A DNA stretch of 64,000 nt, from assembly GCF_009914755.1 (NCBI RefSeq), contig NC_060947.1. The stretch is one strand, 5' to 3'. This stretch comes from the human T2T-CHM13v2.0 reference genome, Homo sapiens. Both the position numbers and the translations under genes were made by a program. Below are positions 33,218-49,690 of this stretch, piece by piece. The stretch's first letter is position 1. Every line of letters starts with the position of its first letter. The notes under the pieces were generated by a model. That model did not search any database and was not told the DNA's origin. It worked only from the letters and a program-made list of their open reading frames with translations.

Positions 33218-34269
33218 CTGAATGATGAGGTAAAACACCATTATATTAAAATACCACTTTAATCTTACAACCGCCCCCAACATGAAATCCTTAGCTTTTG
33301 TCAGAACCCCAAAGAGTCCTCTTATCCAAAATTAAGAACTGCTCTCAGAGGATATCCCTACTGGGTATAGTGCCCTATAAGGGTGTTCCCATGGAACTTC
33401 AGTAAAACTTTGTATTAATTACCTCAATGTCACCTACAACTCTCTGCCACTGTCTCTTCCATTAAGACTGCAAGCTTTCTGAAAACCAACAAGAGTCTTA
33501 AATTTATCTGGCACCTAGATGTGCATGAGAATGTGTTCAATGAAACCTCTATAGACACATGATTGAATAAAAGATCTCTATATTCCCTTCTACTTTGTAC
33601 ACTATTGATAATTTGCAAGAGGTGAAATGTTTTCTATAGGCATATCATTTGGAATGATTAGATCAGGCAAAAGGTACAAATAGAAAACAGAATTCTACCT
33701 CCTTTTCTTCTCAAGTGCTGTAGTACTCATAGCGAATAAAGATGTAAGTTTTCCTGGCTAGACACCTTGCACCTTTCCCTGGAATCCCAAGCCCTCAACT
33801 GCAGCGATCACCAGCCACTGACAAACACTTCAGAGATTCTCAGGGCCTAGACATGTTTCAAAGAGAAACTACATAAAGGGCTATTTAGAGAACTGACACT
33901 TTCATTTTAAAAGTCCCTAAAACATGAACCAGCAATGGTAATGCAATAATTCTGGAGACTGGTGGTTCTAACAAAGAAAACTGAGAGGAAATAGGGAACA
34001 GGCACACAGGTATTTAGACATAATTGGAGGGAAGTAGTCAAGAGATAAAACTCAGCTGGGGCCATCAACCAACTCTAATAACTTGCTCATTACAGGATTT
34101 AGGATGATGTGGCCCACATTCTCCCTGACAATTCAATTATATTAACAGATTTATACTTTTATAGAATTGTGTATTATGTGCAACTTTTCCTTTTCAACAA
34201 TAAATGCATTTTGGTAATATAAAACTGTCAAGACATGATAGTGTTTTATTACAAACTGACTTTATACAC

Positions 34270-34725
34270 AGAATAGCATAGTGGTGAAAGAGCAAAGGTT
34301 CTGTAGCTGGACTGGATGATTAGAATCCTGGCTCTGTTCCTTACCCCTTACCAGCTATGTGACTTTGGATATATTATTTAACCTGTCTCAGTCTCAGTTT
34401 CTTTATCGATAAACAGAGTTAGTTAATAGTATACATCTTATAACATCATTGCCTAATATAACTTTCTGTGATTTTGGAAATGTTCTCTGCAGTGATCAAA
34501 TGGTAGCCACTAGCCTTATGTGACTGAACAGCTTAAATGTGACTAGGATCAACTAAGGAACTGAATGTATAACCTTATTCTATTTTAATTGATTTAAACA
34601 TAAATAGTCCTATATGACTCATAGCTACTATCCTGGGAAGCACAGTTTTATAGGGTTGTAAGGATCACATGGGCTACACATTCAGATCAGTGTCTGGCAC
34701 ACAATAATCAATAAATATTCACTAT
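34270..34725. mobile_element. MIR interrupted by a MER3-like hAT MITE
   Basis: MIR core AGCTATGTGACTTTGG...CTCAGTTTCTTTATC; MER3-like ATATAACTTTCTGTGATTTTGGAAATGTTCT...GTAGCCACTAGCC. Confidence 0.55.
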
Positions 34726-35527
34726 TTATATTATCCACCATGCCATAGAAAATTGGTATGCAAGTGTGGGCTATAATTTTAACACTTTTCCTAAATCTTG
34801 TGGATAATTCTTTTTCCTACTATTTATATTTACTGGCTAATTCCCCTTCCAGCTGGCACTGGCTTCAGGAAACACCTGACTAGCCTACACACCAAGCCCT
34901 ATCCACCATTCCTGGGCATAACACATGTGCTGCATGTTGAGTTTTTCTTAAGATTTTGCAGACTATTAAGAACACATTTGGTCCTGGTCTCCTTCAGATT
35001 CTACCACCACCATCACCCCTGACCCCCATCACACCCCCAATGTTTTTACTACTTTTACCAGAATCTTTCAAGTATTAAAGCATATTGATTTCCTATTGGG
35101 ATAATTTGTAAGATGATTTGATTATTGTACTTGACATAACCAAATTGAGTCATTCTAAATCTTAAAACATCTCATCAGGCTTACAAAAAAACCTACTAAA
35201 ATTATCATCACCTTGTTTTTTAATGAGGTTAGAATGAAGTTAGAAAGTTTGTCTTTTGATTCCTAGTATATACTAAAAGGCAACCACTCATGTTTTAGTA
35301 CATATGTTATCATTGGAAAGGTTATAAGCTCTAATTAATAATAACGTGCATCTCTTTTTATATAGCAATACTATTGTATTTCCTAAACAGTCCCATGACA
35401 TTAAATCAGTTGTTTCTAGCAGAAAGATTCCTAGAACAATATAAATTGATAAAGATTTCCTTCTCTTCCTACTGGAGAGGATATAGCTGAGAATATGAGA
35501 ATGGCTGTCAGGAGAAATGAGAACTGA

Positions 35528-35858
35528 GGCTGGGCACAGTGGCTCATGCCTGTAATCCCAGCACTTTGGGAGGAGGTCGAGGAGGGCGGATCACCTGAGG
35601 TCAGGAGTTCAAGATGAGCCTGGCCAACATGGTGAAACCCCATCTCTACTAAAAATACAAAACTTAGGCGGCCATAGTGACATGCACCTGTAGTCCCGGC
35701 TACTTGGGAAGCTAAGGCAGGAGAATCACTTGAACCCAGAAAGCGGAGGCTGCAGAGCTGAGATCACGCCACTGCACTCTAGCCTGGGCAAGAGAATAAG
35801 ACCCTGTCTCAAAAACAAAAACAACAACAACAACAACAAAAAAAACGGAAAGAAAGAA
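35528..35858 (+). mobile_element. AluSx-like element with (CAA)n/(GAAA)n tail
   Basis: Alu dimer. TSD AGAAATGAGAACTGA at 35513-35527 and 35859-35873. Confidence 0.95.
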
Positions 35859-36357
35859 AGAAATGAGAACTGAAAGTCTGAATTCAGATATCTAAGAAAC
35901 ACACTAGACAGATATGGCCCTTACATTTATAATTTTATATTCTAAAATATGAAATATTGAGAAACAAGTTAAATAATCTGACATATCCCTCTACCCAATG
36001 AGGATGGCATAATAAATCAACTGGCCTCATGTAATACCAGAGAGAAGCTAAGGAATAAAGAAAAGAAGATAAAAAAATAATTAAAGCATCTATTTTCAGG
36101 TATATACTACTATCAAGTGTATAATAAATTGAATTATAAACTCAAAAAGGAAAAAAAGCAAGCCACTGCCCAGAAATAAAAGGGGCATATGGGGGTGGTG
36201 AGTGGATGGTTCTTTACTACTCTTTTAAAGGTAAAAGCATCCTGTTTTGTAATAAACTGTTTCTATCCTGGGATTCCCCTTGCTTTATTCTCTGGCATTC
36301 TTTTTCCCATTTTTAACAGTTAGAAACAATTTTAACTACAAGTAATGGAAACCTTGA

Positions 36358-36675
<318 letters not shown>

Positions 36676-39600
36676 AAGGAATTTTTTTTTTAGTAATTGG
36701 CAGTCCAGGAAAAGGGTGAGATTTAGATTTGATTCTGAGGTACAACAATAAAAAATTTGCATTCCACTGTGTCAATTTCATTCTAAGGCTTGATTGCCTT
36801 GTGATTATAAGGTAACTCTCAACTTTTTAAATAAGGGCCACCTACTTCCAGCCTGACAGTCTTTTCCTCACCAAAGAACCAAGCCCTTCCCCTCAGTCTG
36901 ATTAGACCCAATTTAGGTCTTGTGTCCACCCCAGACCAATAACAGCTGCCAGGGAAAGGTCTTGCACTAACTGGCTTAGATTAGTCAGGATTAACCTCTG
37001 GAACTAGGGATGAGATTCACCTCCCCAATCACATGAACTATGGGAAAGGAAGTTCCCTGGACAAAACGAGAGTTTCAGTAAGAAAAAAAGTGAAATAGAT
37101 GTGGAAAAGGTAATCAATAGACTGCACTTCTTTCTCACTCCTGACTGACCTGCTATCTAGTGTTAAATATTTTGACTGATTACTAATAGCATGCTTTACT
37201 GACCATAGCACTGCTTGTACATTTAGTGGTAAGTGGCTGCTGCTGTGGGGAAATGAATAATTTAAGTTAAGGATGCTACAGAAACTTTCTAGCTGAACCT
37301 AAGGCCATTATGAGCCAGAGTTATGCACACAGGTACGGTTGTCCAGCATAGTTGCTCACAGGTGTAGCAAAGCAAAAAATCTGAATAGTCAAAGCATGGT
37401 AGGTGTCTAATTTACTGCCCTTACTAAAGTTCAGGACCTGAATAGTGTGACACCCTACTGAATAAAAAGGCAAGGCAGGATCATTGAAATAAGGCCCTAG
37501 AAAGTGACCAGACCATTAGCATTGCAAAGATATTCATCATAGTAGGATCTTACAGGACAGGGCTATTTTGTTGAGGCAGTAAAGCAATGCAAGTAACCAA
37601 TATAGAAAGTCCAAAAATGGAAAACAACAAACCCTTGAAGAATTAAGAATAGTGTTTATGTATCAGTATTCTTTCCATTGCACCACACTGTCTTTAGCAG
37701 AAGCCTAAAATTCTTCAGATGGCTTACACATGAAAGATCTTTCACTCCCAAATTCTTAGAATGGAAAGTAACATCTTTGTAATTTAGAAGACAAGGAAGA
37801 AAATGGAATCCTCTCAATTTCTGATATTGTCCAAGTTTTAGGCAAAAAGGAAAAAGAAAGAAAGGAAAAAGAAAGCAAAGTTTTACACAGGTTTCTAGCC
37901 AAGAGAGTTGAAGTTTTTGTTTCTACTGGGGAGAGCAGGTAGAGATGTATGTTAATAACACCTTTTCCTTTCTAACACTAGAAACAATTGAGTAGTCAAT
38001 TCTACATGGTATAAAGAGATGCTCTGAGGACAATAGGAGAGTCACTTGTGTACTATTAGAATTCTTGAAGGGTCTACAGTTTTTGAAATAATTTGCAACA
38101 AGAGTACAGGATCAAGGTGTTTTCATGCATCTCCTTAGCTACATTCCAAAACAAAATTCATTTTCAATTTGGCAGAGTGGATTTGGGAGGACTGTGTTTT
38201 TGAGGGGAGTCTCAGAGTCGTGACCAGGGCAGTGGTCAATAACATATGCTTGTAGATGCAAAGACACAACTGAATCATGAAAGTGGCAAGAGTGTCATTT
38301 CTTCAACTTCGGCTTTTCTAGTTTGTAGTAAGTTAAAAAAAATACTGGAGTACAAAATTCACTTGTAAGTTATTTGGCATATCTGTATCTTTTGGTTGCA
38401 TTGGTAATTTAAAAATAAGCAATATGCTATTTTTAGTATCTTAACTTCCCTACACATAAACTATTACAATTAAATCCTGTTTAGTTTTTTTTTTCCTAAG
38501 CAACTCTACTAAAATGACTGTTTAGTTTTTTCACCATCTCTACTTTACAATTTACTTCCTGTATTTTATATTTGGTTGTTCTTTCAGAACATGTCATGGG
38601 CAGTTTCAACAGATAGCACATGACACATATTCTTTCCAGATTTCTACGATTAATCCTGAATTTATTCCATTTCCATATGCAGAAAGTCTGAAATATTTTC
38701 CATTGACATTTCATAGGGATAGAGCTGTAGAGTTCTATCTCAATTTGCAATGGATTACTAGGAAAGGAGGTCCCTTATTATATGGACCATCATAAAAACC
38801 AAGACAAGAAACTAATAACCTATATTCTCTAAAAACCATGTGCATCACAAGATCATTAGGTATAAGCATTTCTAAGGCATGAGAGAATTAGCACTTCACA
38901 GCCACAAGCACGAGATGCCACATTCTATAATCATCTTTATTTCTCTCAACTGAGATGGAAACCTGCATCTCACTTAAGGATTTTAGAGCAAAAAGGATCA
39001 GGAATATTTATTTTGGCCCATATCCTTTTGCGTCTTTTTCTTTCTCCTGACGTTCTCTTATTAATCCAGCATTCTTATTTTTCAAAGAAAAGACTAGCTT
39101 GAATTTTTATCCCTTTGAAATGTATCTCACTGGACCCCTTATAAATCACTTCTTAACTGAAGTGAATTTTCATTTATTTTTAAATTTCTCAGTCCCTAAG
39201 GAGTGCCATATTCTTTATGTTACTTTAGTTAGAATTTTAAATTTTAATTTTGCCTAGAGTTGGAATTTCAGATAGCTTAAAAGCGTTTTCATTTTTTTTC
39301 TTTAAACAGTGGCCTGTAAGGTATACTTAGCCTTTTGAAAGAGAGATGCTTTTCTGAAAAATGCCTTACAATTTTCACATTCTTATAGACTTACATAATT
39401 TCAGGGCAGCTTTGTAACAACATTCAAATTGACAAGGGTTTCAAAACCTTTCATTTTAATGGTCTCGCCCAGACAATCTGCCATTTAAATTTCTGTAGGA
39501 GAAATACTGATATTTACAGAAACTTGTGGATCCTGACAACCTTGCTTAATTTATCTATTTGAAGTTGATTTTTACATGCTAGGTTTTACTAAGCAGAAAG

Positions 39601-39682
39601 CAAGAAAAAAATGAAGTTTTTAAAAGATTTAGACCAAAATACTATTATGCCATTTCGGTCTTCACTTAAGTAACTCTAAGAT

Positions 39683-39935
39683 GGGATTTCTCAACCTCTG
39701 CATTACTGACATTTTGGGCTGGATAATTCTTTGTTGTAGGGGGCTGTCTTGTGCATAGTAGGATGTTTAGCAGCATCTCTGGTCTCCTCTATCCACTAGA
39801 CGCCCATAGCACCCCTGCCTCACCCCTTCCTGACCCCACAACTTCTGACAACCAAAAAAAAATATCTCCAGACATAGCCAAATGCCCCTTGGGGTAGAGG
39901 AGAGGGAGATAAAATGGCCCTAGTTGAGAACCACT
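39683..39935. mobile_element. MER20 MITE just downstream of the FANCB 3' end
   Basis: GGGATTTCTCAACCTC...TGACATTTTGGGCTGGATAATTCTTTGTTGT...GTTGAGAACCACTG. Confidence 0.88.
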
Positions 39936-39991
39936 GCTGTTTATTTTGTGCATCATCAAAACTAAAGTTTCTACTACAGTAAGCCTCGGTG

Positions 39992-39997
39992 TTTATT
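39992..39997 (-). terminator. FANCB: Polyadenylation signal AATAAA for canonical FANCB mRNA
   Basis: TTTATT on the + strand about 90 nt past the stop codon. A second one lies at 39940-39945. Confidence 0.7.
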
Positions 39998-40085
39998 TTT
40001 ACAAAGGAGGCATATAGCAAGTAGAACCAAAATCTTATATGGTGGTGAAAACATATTTTAAAATATGATCAAATTGAAATTATAA

Positions 40086-40553
<468 letters not shown>

Positions 40554-41020
40554 TCATGTACAATATACTGCAGTAATCAATTAATATTCATTTATAAACA
40601 CCATAATGATAAACAGAACCAATTATGTACGTGAGCATTGATAAAATTCAGACTACAGCAATCAAATATACATATCCCATATCGAGTCAGTTAATATTAA
40701 TCAGATTGTTTCCAATTAAAATTTTTTTTGCTGAGTAATAAGGTCAATATAATATTTTTTTAAATTTTACTGTGGAGGAGAGGTAACGGGAAATCTCAAA
40801 ATAATTACTAGGCACTAAAAAAAGCCAAAAACAAATATAAAATTAAAACAGAGATCTTCAGTTTCTAAATGAAGCCGATGCGTTCATTCATGCTAGGCCA
40901 TGGCTCTGTATTATTGCCATGGCAATAATACAAAACACATGCGGATCGCTGTTGAACCACACATTGATCACACTCATACACACTCACTTCTCTGGACCAA
41001 TTACAATTTAATATGCATTA

Positions 41021-41320
<300 letters not shown>

Positions 41321-41342
41321 TTAAAATTTTCTAATTCAATTA

Positions 41343-41828
<486 letters not shown>

Positions 41829-42589
41829 TTAATCTAAAAGCTCATTCTTTAAAATCAAATTGATGATTAAATGTCATACAAACAACAGTAAAAAATGTTT
41901 ATTCTTTCCTTTCCTAGAAAACATCATTTCAAATGTAAAATATATCAAAAAGTTAAGAGTAAAAGCCAAACACATTTTTAAAGGTCCTGTGATAGCACTT
42001 CTCAAAAGGCAAGCAAAAACACTGTAACTATGCTAGGTTTTAGGAAAGTAAAATTTTTAAGATAGAGGAATGGTATTAGGAATGATAGTAAGAGAAATTA
42101 AAGTAAGACAAAAATTTTTTTAAGATAAAGGAATGGCAAAATAATGCCAGGATTTTATCTTTCAGGTTGGTCTTTTTTTTCTCCTCTTTTTAAACAAGAA
42201 AAAACCTCCTCATTATTTTTTAAGAGTTTATTTTGGTGATACGTTAGAATGCAAACAGCTCTAAACTAAAAATTGTATTTTTCGTTCCTCTAAACGACTT
42301 GAATAAAATCTTTTTCAGTCAGAATATTGTTCATCCCTCAGCAATTCTTTCCATATCTACATTTATAATAATTTACAAATATATACAGGCTTACTGTAGT
42401 ACATTCCAGCATTGTCAAAGTTTATCAAGTAAAACAGGTAAGAATGGTGACATGACCAAAGAAAGAACTTGAATGTAGAAATTTAATACTGAAAACTCCT
42501 TTAATACAGGAATTTGACCATATGTCTAATGAGTTACACTAAAGATTTAAAAAGAACTCAAAAATCTTAATTTGCACTAATTGAACTAT

Positions 42590-45500
42590 TGTTTTGTTGG
42601 GAATGCTGTTTTATGAACACTACATATATACTGTAGAGTAATTATGTAGTAGGTGCAACAGAGAATTGGGATTATCAATAGGGGAGAAAGAAGATACAGA
42701 AAGAAGATACATCATGATGTTAAGTAAAAACCTTGAAGTTTTTACATCATGGTGATAAGTAAAAACCTGAAGTCCTTAATCTGAATTGGACGTATCAGCA
42801 TGGACTTACCAAAACCACAACAGACCAAACTAACAAAACACATATTTCCTACCTCTGCTTACTAAAAAGGCCCAGAAACAACAACCCACTGAGGATAAAT
42901 AAGCACCTCTTGCACTCAAATTCTGATTTCTAAATTACAAACTATACTTGAGGGTCTAACTAAATAATTGATGAGAAGAGGTTTCTCTTTATAGAAGTAT
43001 TCCAGCTAATAAATAAAGAAGCAGTAATAGAATTAGAATACCACCATGTTATAAAATCTAATGAAACAATGGAACTAAGTAATGAGCATCAATAGCTGCT
43101 AATATCACAAAATGAAACTGATCACACTTTACATACCTCCCAGTGGAAGAAAACAATACTATTAAGTATTCTGTTAACAAAAATTCAGGCATTATTCTGA
43201 CCCAGTCTCTAGATCTAACCATCAATTTAGAGGAAATACAGGAGACAGAGAAACATGTTAAGCAATATCACAGGAAGTAATCAGCAAAATCCAGTCTATA
43301 GAACTTCACAGGGTAAACTGCCTGGCTTCTATAAAATATACTTTGCATGAAAAAAAAAAAAGACAGAAAAAGGATACCTACAGATTACAAAGGACTTAGA
43401 GATAACAGTCAAGTCCAATTTACAGTCCTTATCTGGCTCACGATTTGAAAAAATATTTTTAAATTCAGAAATGGGAAATTTGACCATTTACTGGGGGAAT
43501 TACTGATAATTTTGGGGGGGTAATTATATAAGTTCTTATTTTTTAGATACATACACTGGAATTGTTACAGATGAAATAATATAATGCCTTTGAGTGCTTC
43601 AAAATAATCTGGGGGATGGGGGTGAGGAGTGCATGGAGGTATAGATGAAACAAGATTAGCAATGAGTTGATAATTACTGGAGCAGAGTGACGGGCAGAAG
43701 AGTTCACCACACTATTCTCCTTGTATGTTTCAAATGTTCTATATATAAAAACATTTTTAAGTAATTCTATTTAGCATATGAAAAAAAGAAAAGACAGAAA
43801 ATAGAGAATAAAAAATTACCAGGCAGATCTAAAAAAGAAAGAATAAAATTTATGATAATACAAATAATAATAAAACTTAGAAACTCAATGACTGGATTAA
43901 ATAGCTGACTAGAAAGAACTGAAGATAAAATTAGTGAAAAGAATATAGATCAGAAGAAATTATCCAGGTGAATAGAAAATATGAAAGAGATGTTGAGACA
44001 TAGAGTATGGAATGAGAAGATCTAACAGAGGACTAACTGAAGTTCCAGAAGGAGACAGATACTAGAGAAAGTAAGGAAGCATCAGTATCTTGAGAATTAA
44101 GAACTAAGAATTGTTTGAATTGCCAGAAGAAAACAAAACAGTTTGAGGAAGCTCAACAATCTAAAGGAGGAAAAAAAAAAAAAGAAATCTGCACTTAATC
44201 ATGTCATTGTCAAATATTTAGAAAAAGAATAACAGAATACATCCAAATAAAGTAAAAGGAAATAATAAGGGATCAGAAATGAACAGGGAATACACAATTG
44301 AAGATCAACAAAAAATTTAATTATTTGAAAAGATCTAATAAAATGGATGAAACTCTGGCAAGATCAAGGAAAAAGAAGACACAAATAAGATTTGGAATAA
44401 AAAGACACTGACAAACACTAACAACACAGTGATAAATATCTAAAGAGGATCTTAGGAACAACTTATGCTAATAAATGTAATAATTAATAGAAAAATATAA
44501 GCAAAATGTATTCAAGAATAAATAAAAATGTGAATAATCCTGTAACTATTAAAGAAATTGAATCAGTAGTTAAAAGTCACCTCACAAAGAAATGCCAGAT
44601 TTCTACTGCATTCCAGGCGACTACAACCAAATATCAAAGAGTAGGTAATTGTAGGGAGACCCCCTGAAACTATTGCTATGGAATAAAAGATGAAATGCTC
44701 CTGATTATTGTAAATACAAAATTGCATGCAGGATTGCATAAAGACAATGCCAGGTTGGACTGCCAGAACGAGCCAACAGCGCGTGATGTGCTTCCCCCTC
44801 CAGAGAGCCTATGAATGGACGTGCAGTCAGGGAGGTTTCACATCACCAAGATTCCTATCCCAGAAAAGCAGATGTTCATAGCTCTGGGAATGGAATGCGA
44901 CCCTTGTAGAGAGCCTATAAATGGACGCACAGGGGGCGCCTGTCCATATGGATAAGATAGGGCTATAAACACCCTCATCTTGCCACGGCTCTTCTAGGCC
45001 TCTTTAGGGTTAAGGCATACTCCCTTCTGAGAATTTCTGGTCTAACCGGTTGTCTAGCTTCACGTCCTGTTTCCATGGATTGTTAGTAACCAGCTTTTGT
45101 TGCAATTGTTACTGCTGATTAATATCTTGCTAATCATAGGTTATCGAAAGATTGTGTTTCTGTTTTAAGGCTCTGTTAGAAATTACTGACACACACACTA
45201 TATTGTAAATTCTTATCTCTGTATACTGTACTTCTACATACAAAAATGTACTGTACTTCTACATACAAATGTTATGTTAAAGAATTACTTCATCCCCACG
45301 TGACCATCTCACCTCATAATCAAACGACCCTAAATCCCTCACTAACCTACCCCCGCCCTCACTAACCTTAATAATAAATGCTGGTATATCCAGTGCATTG
45401 TTGGCAGTGTGGGACCAGAAAGCAGTGACCCCCCCGGACCCAGCTTTCACTATCTTGTGTGTGTGTGTTATTTCTCAACCTGCCGATCTGCCTAGGAACA

Positions 45501-45890
45501 AAGAGAGAGCCCCGTTGCATTGCGGGCTGCTGGCCAGATCCCGCAATAGGTAATTCCAAATTTACACAAACTGCTCCAGAGAACAGGAAAAAAGGAAATA
45601 TTCCTCAATTCATTTATAAACTAGTATAGCCTTGATACTAAAATCAGGCAAGTATCATTCAAGAAAATTTCAAGCCAATTTCACTCATGAATTTAGATGC
45701 AAATATTCTTGACCAAAGGATAGCAAACCAAATCCAGTGACAAACTGTTTATCACAAGAATGCAAGACTGATTTTATAAGACAAAATTGATTAATATAGA
45801 GTACCACATTAAAGAAGAGAGAAGAAAAACCCAGATGATCAACCAGCCCAAAACAGCTTAGAAATTCACTGAAACAAAACAATAAATCCA
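42590..45890 (+). mobile_element. Ancient L1 (L1MC/L1ME-like) fragments in FANCB intron 7, interrupted by a solo LTR
   Basis: A-rich degenerate ORF1/ORF2-like sequence (GAAATTGAATCAGTAGTTAAAA...) that continues across the LTR insertion. Confidence 0.55.
44650..45548 (+). mobile_element. Solo ERVK-class LTR, MER11D-like (HML-7)
   Basis: 899 bp, TGTAGGGAGACCCCCTGAAAC...GATCCCGCAATA, with internal AATAAA near 45373. Perfect 6-bp TSD GGTAAT at 44644-44649 and 45549-45554, a length typical of betaretrovirus-like integration. Confidence 0.85.
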
Positions 45891-46361
45891 TATCTCAAAC
45901 CCACTAGATAAGTAGTCTGGCTCCCTTACTGTGTTAAGCTGCTCAAATATACTGCCATCACCTATTACAAGGCACTACCTGGTTTCTCTGCGTACCCGTG
46001 GTTCAAATTCAATGTAGTTACTGTAATGCCTGTATTTAGCCTGTTTTGGCTAAAAAGCTCTTTGTTAGACTGCAGATATAGATGGCATGCACAATACTTC
46101 TCTATCCATGATTTCAACATCCCAAAAGAGAATATCGTCTGTTATCAGAGGGAGAGATACTTTGTTATTTAACGAAATTTTTACCTATTCACTTTGGTCA
46201 ATAGTCTCTAAGTATCCCTAATACCTCTAAATATTTTGATTAGAAAGTTCTGTATGCTGTTTGATTATCTTCACCGTGAGACTATAGCATCTTAATTTCA
46301 TAAACCTCATCCTCTTCATATTATTAACTCAATGCATTTGTGTAAAAGAGATACTTCTAGA

Positions 46362-46978
<617 letters not shown>

Positions 46979-47022
46979 GTTCTGGAGCATCAAGACAGTG
47001 TTATCATGTTGGAATTTACTTA

Positions 47023-47193
<171 letters not shown>

Positions 47194-47699
47194 CTAAAAA
47201 AAGAAGTTTAAATAACTGATTATAAAATACGTACCGTCTGTAGCAAAACTAAAAAAAAAAAAAAGTTAAGTGTGCTTTTGGCTAGGGCTTATGGCCCAAA
47301 CATTTAAAAACAAATAACATATCATATTATAGATTATACACAATTTACTAAAATGAAATGTATAAAATATATAAAATTCCCTATCTATTCAGATCAAGAG
47401 GCATGGCATGACTGGGGTATGGCAAGATGGGGTATCCAACAAAGAGCCAAAAGGGAGGTAAACCTGGAGTCCATTTTGAAAAAAAAAAGTCTGATAATAT
47501 GTACCCCAGTTATACTGAAAATAATCCAGTCTGTATTTTATCAGTGACTTGCACTAAGCCTATAACTGTAAACTTTTGTATGAATAAAACTGATTAAACT
47601 ATCTTTAGACTACTTATAGCTTATTGCTAAAATTTTATTCTTAAAGTCCAAGCCATATTCATTTCCACACACATGTGGATATATAACATTCGAAAGAGT

Positions 47700-48005
47700 A
47701 GTAATAAGAATAATAGTAACGATAATAATAATATACAACATCTATTGAGTGTTTACTTTATGCCAGGCACTGTTCCAAATGCCATTTGTGTATCAATTCA
47801 TTTAACCCACACAATAACCCTAGTGCCCTAGGTCTGTGGTATTATCATCTACATTTTACAGATTAGAAAAATGAGGTACAGGGAAGTTATGTAACTTGCC
47901 CAGGGTCACACAGTTAGCAAGTAGCAAGGCTGGGATTTGAACTGAAGCCAACTGGTTCCAGAGCCCATGCTCTTCCTTAACTATTACCCTATACTGCCTC
48001 TCCAT
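47700..48005 (-). mobile_element. MIR SINE with (AAT)n-like end
   Basis: TATTGAGTGTTTAC..TGCCAGGCACTG...ATTTTACAGAT...TAACTTGCCCAGGGTCACACAG. Confidence 0.8.
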
Positions 48006-48651
48006 GTGGTAATTACTAAAGAAAGATAGAGGCATTCACTCAATAGGAGACTAAATATGTTCCCAGGAATCTGACACTACTGCCAGTAGCTGCGAGTTCT
48101 GAAGCAGGCTATTCATCTGAAACCTGGGGAAATTTTTACTACCTGCCGCCAGGTTTGCTTTTAAAACTAACAATGTAAAGAGCCAAAAATGGGGCCTTGC
48201 ACATAGTGGTTTCAATATATTAATTTCTAAACAACCCTTCCCCTTTCTAAAATTGGCAAAATCATTGAGGTGAGGAAAGGAAATGGTGAAACAATTTTAA
48301 CAATGACTTTCATGAGGTTTCCCAGGAAATTAGAACAGTAATATAGAAATGCAACACAATGTTTTTTTGTTACGTTTTATTACATTAACAAGATCATATT
48401 TTGGACCCAAACCCTTACATGGCTAAGACTGAAATACAAACACAAAGCATAGCCCATGACAAGAATGGTCAATCCAGAAGGAAGTCAGAGCTAGGCACTA
48501 CAGTGACTTGAGGGAATAAAATGCAACATTAGTTCAGCTCTTACTGATTTACTATAGTGTTGCTGTGCTGTGCCTTTCTCTGTATGAAATTAATGTGCAT
48601 AAATATTATTTTTATGAAGTTTCAGCAGTTTTTGCTAACTTCCTACATTAA

Positions 48652-48988
<337 letters not shown>

Positions 48989-49561
48989 CCTGAGGAGGAT
49001 CTTATGATGATCAGCCACAAGGAAAAAGAGAGTAAAATTATGAAAAGCAGATAGAAGGACTAAAAAAACCCATAGCAGTGTAGGAACATTTGCTAGAGGA
49101 AAAAATAACCTTAGAAACAAACAATCCAACAGACTAAAAGAACAATCATTATCCTAATAATAAAATTATCTCATCACCAATACAAAGTTAAATAATACTC
49201 AGTATATTCTATTTAAGTCAGTAAATACATAATTCACTTATGAGTAATTTCTATCCAAACAATACAAATAAAAAAGTTTAATGGTTAAATCTGTAAACAA
49301 AAGGACTTGTTCCCCAAGGTTCCTGATAACTGAAATTTTAATATGCTACAGAATTACCTATAAATTGATAAAATATTGGCTCCTTAATCAAATATTTTTC
49401 AATGTCATAAAAGTCCACCATTATAACCTCTGCTACTTTTCTTCTTGATCCACTGAGCAGCATTTTCTAATATATTCTAATATTCCAATTTAAATAACTT
49501 TTCAATAGCTTATAGATTTTCAATTCATAAAATGATAAAATGGTCACATGATTACTTTTAC

Positions 49562-49690
49562 CTCCTCTGCACTTGACGTATTATCATCTTTTCCTTGAAC
49601 TAGGTTTATTAAAGCTTTGTAAGATTTTGAAATAATTTTTTCCTTAAGCAACAGATGCTGCCGTAATTCCCGAAAAGAAGAAAAACAAAC
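49562..49690 (-). CDS. FANCB: FANCB exon 6 (129 nt)
   Basis: CTTTACAG acceptor; [18 protein letters not shown]...SSAEE; GAG|GTAAAA donor. Confidence 0.96.

Noticed and set aside
42685-42773. Short tandem duplications (also 1525-1560, 14842-14882, 55543-55590)
   Set aside because: Two-copy slippage duplications with no spacer structure; not CRISPR-like or otherwise organised.
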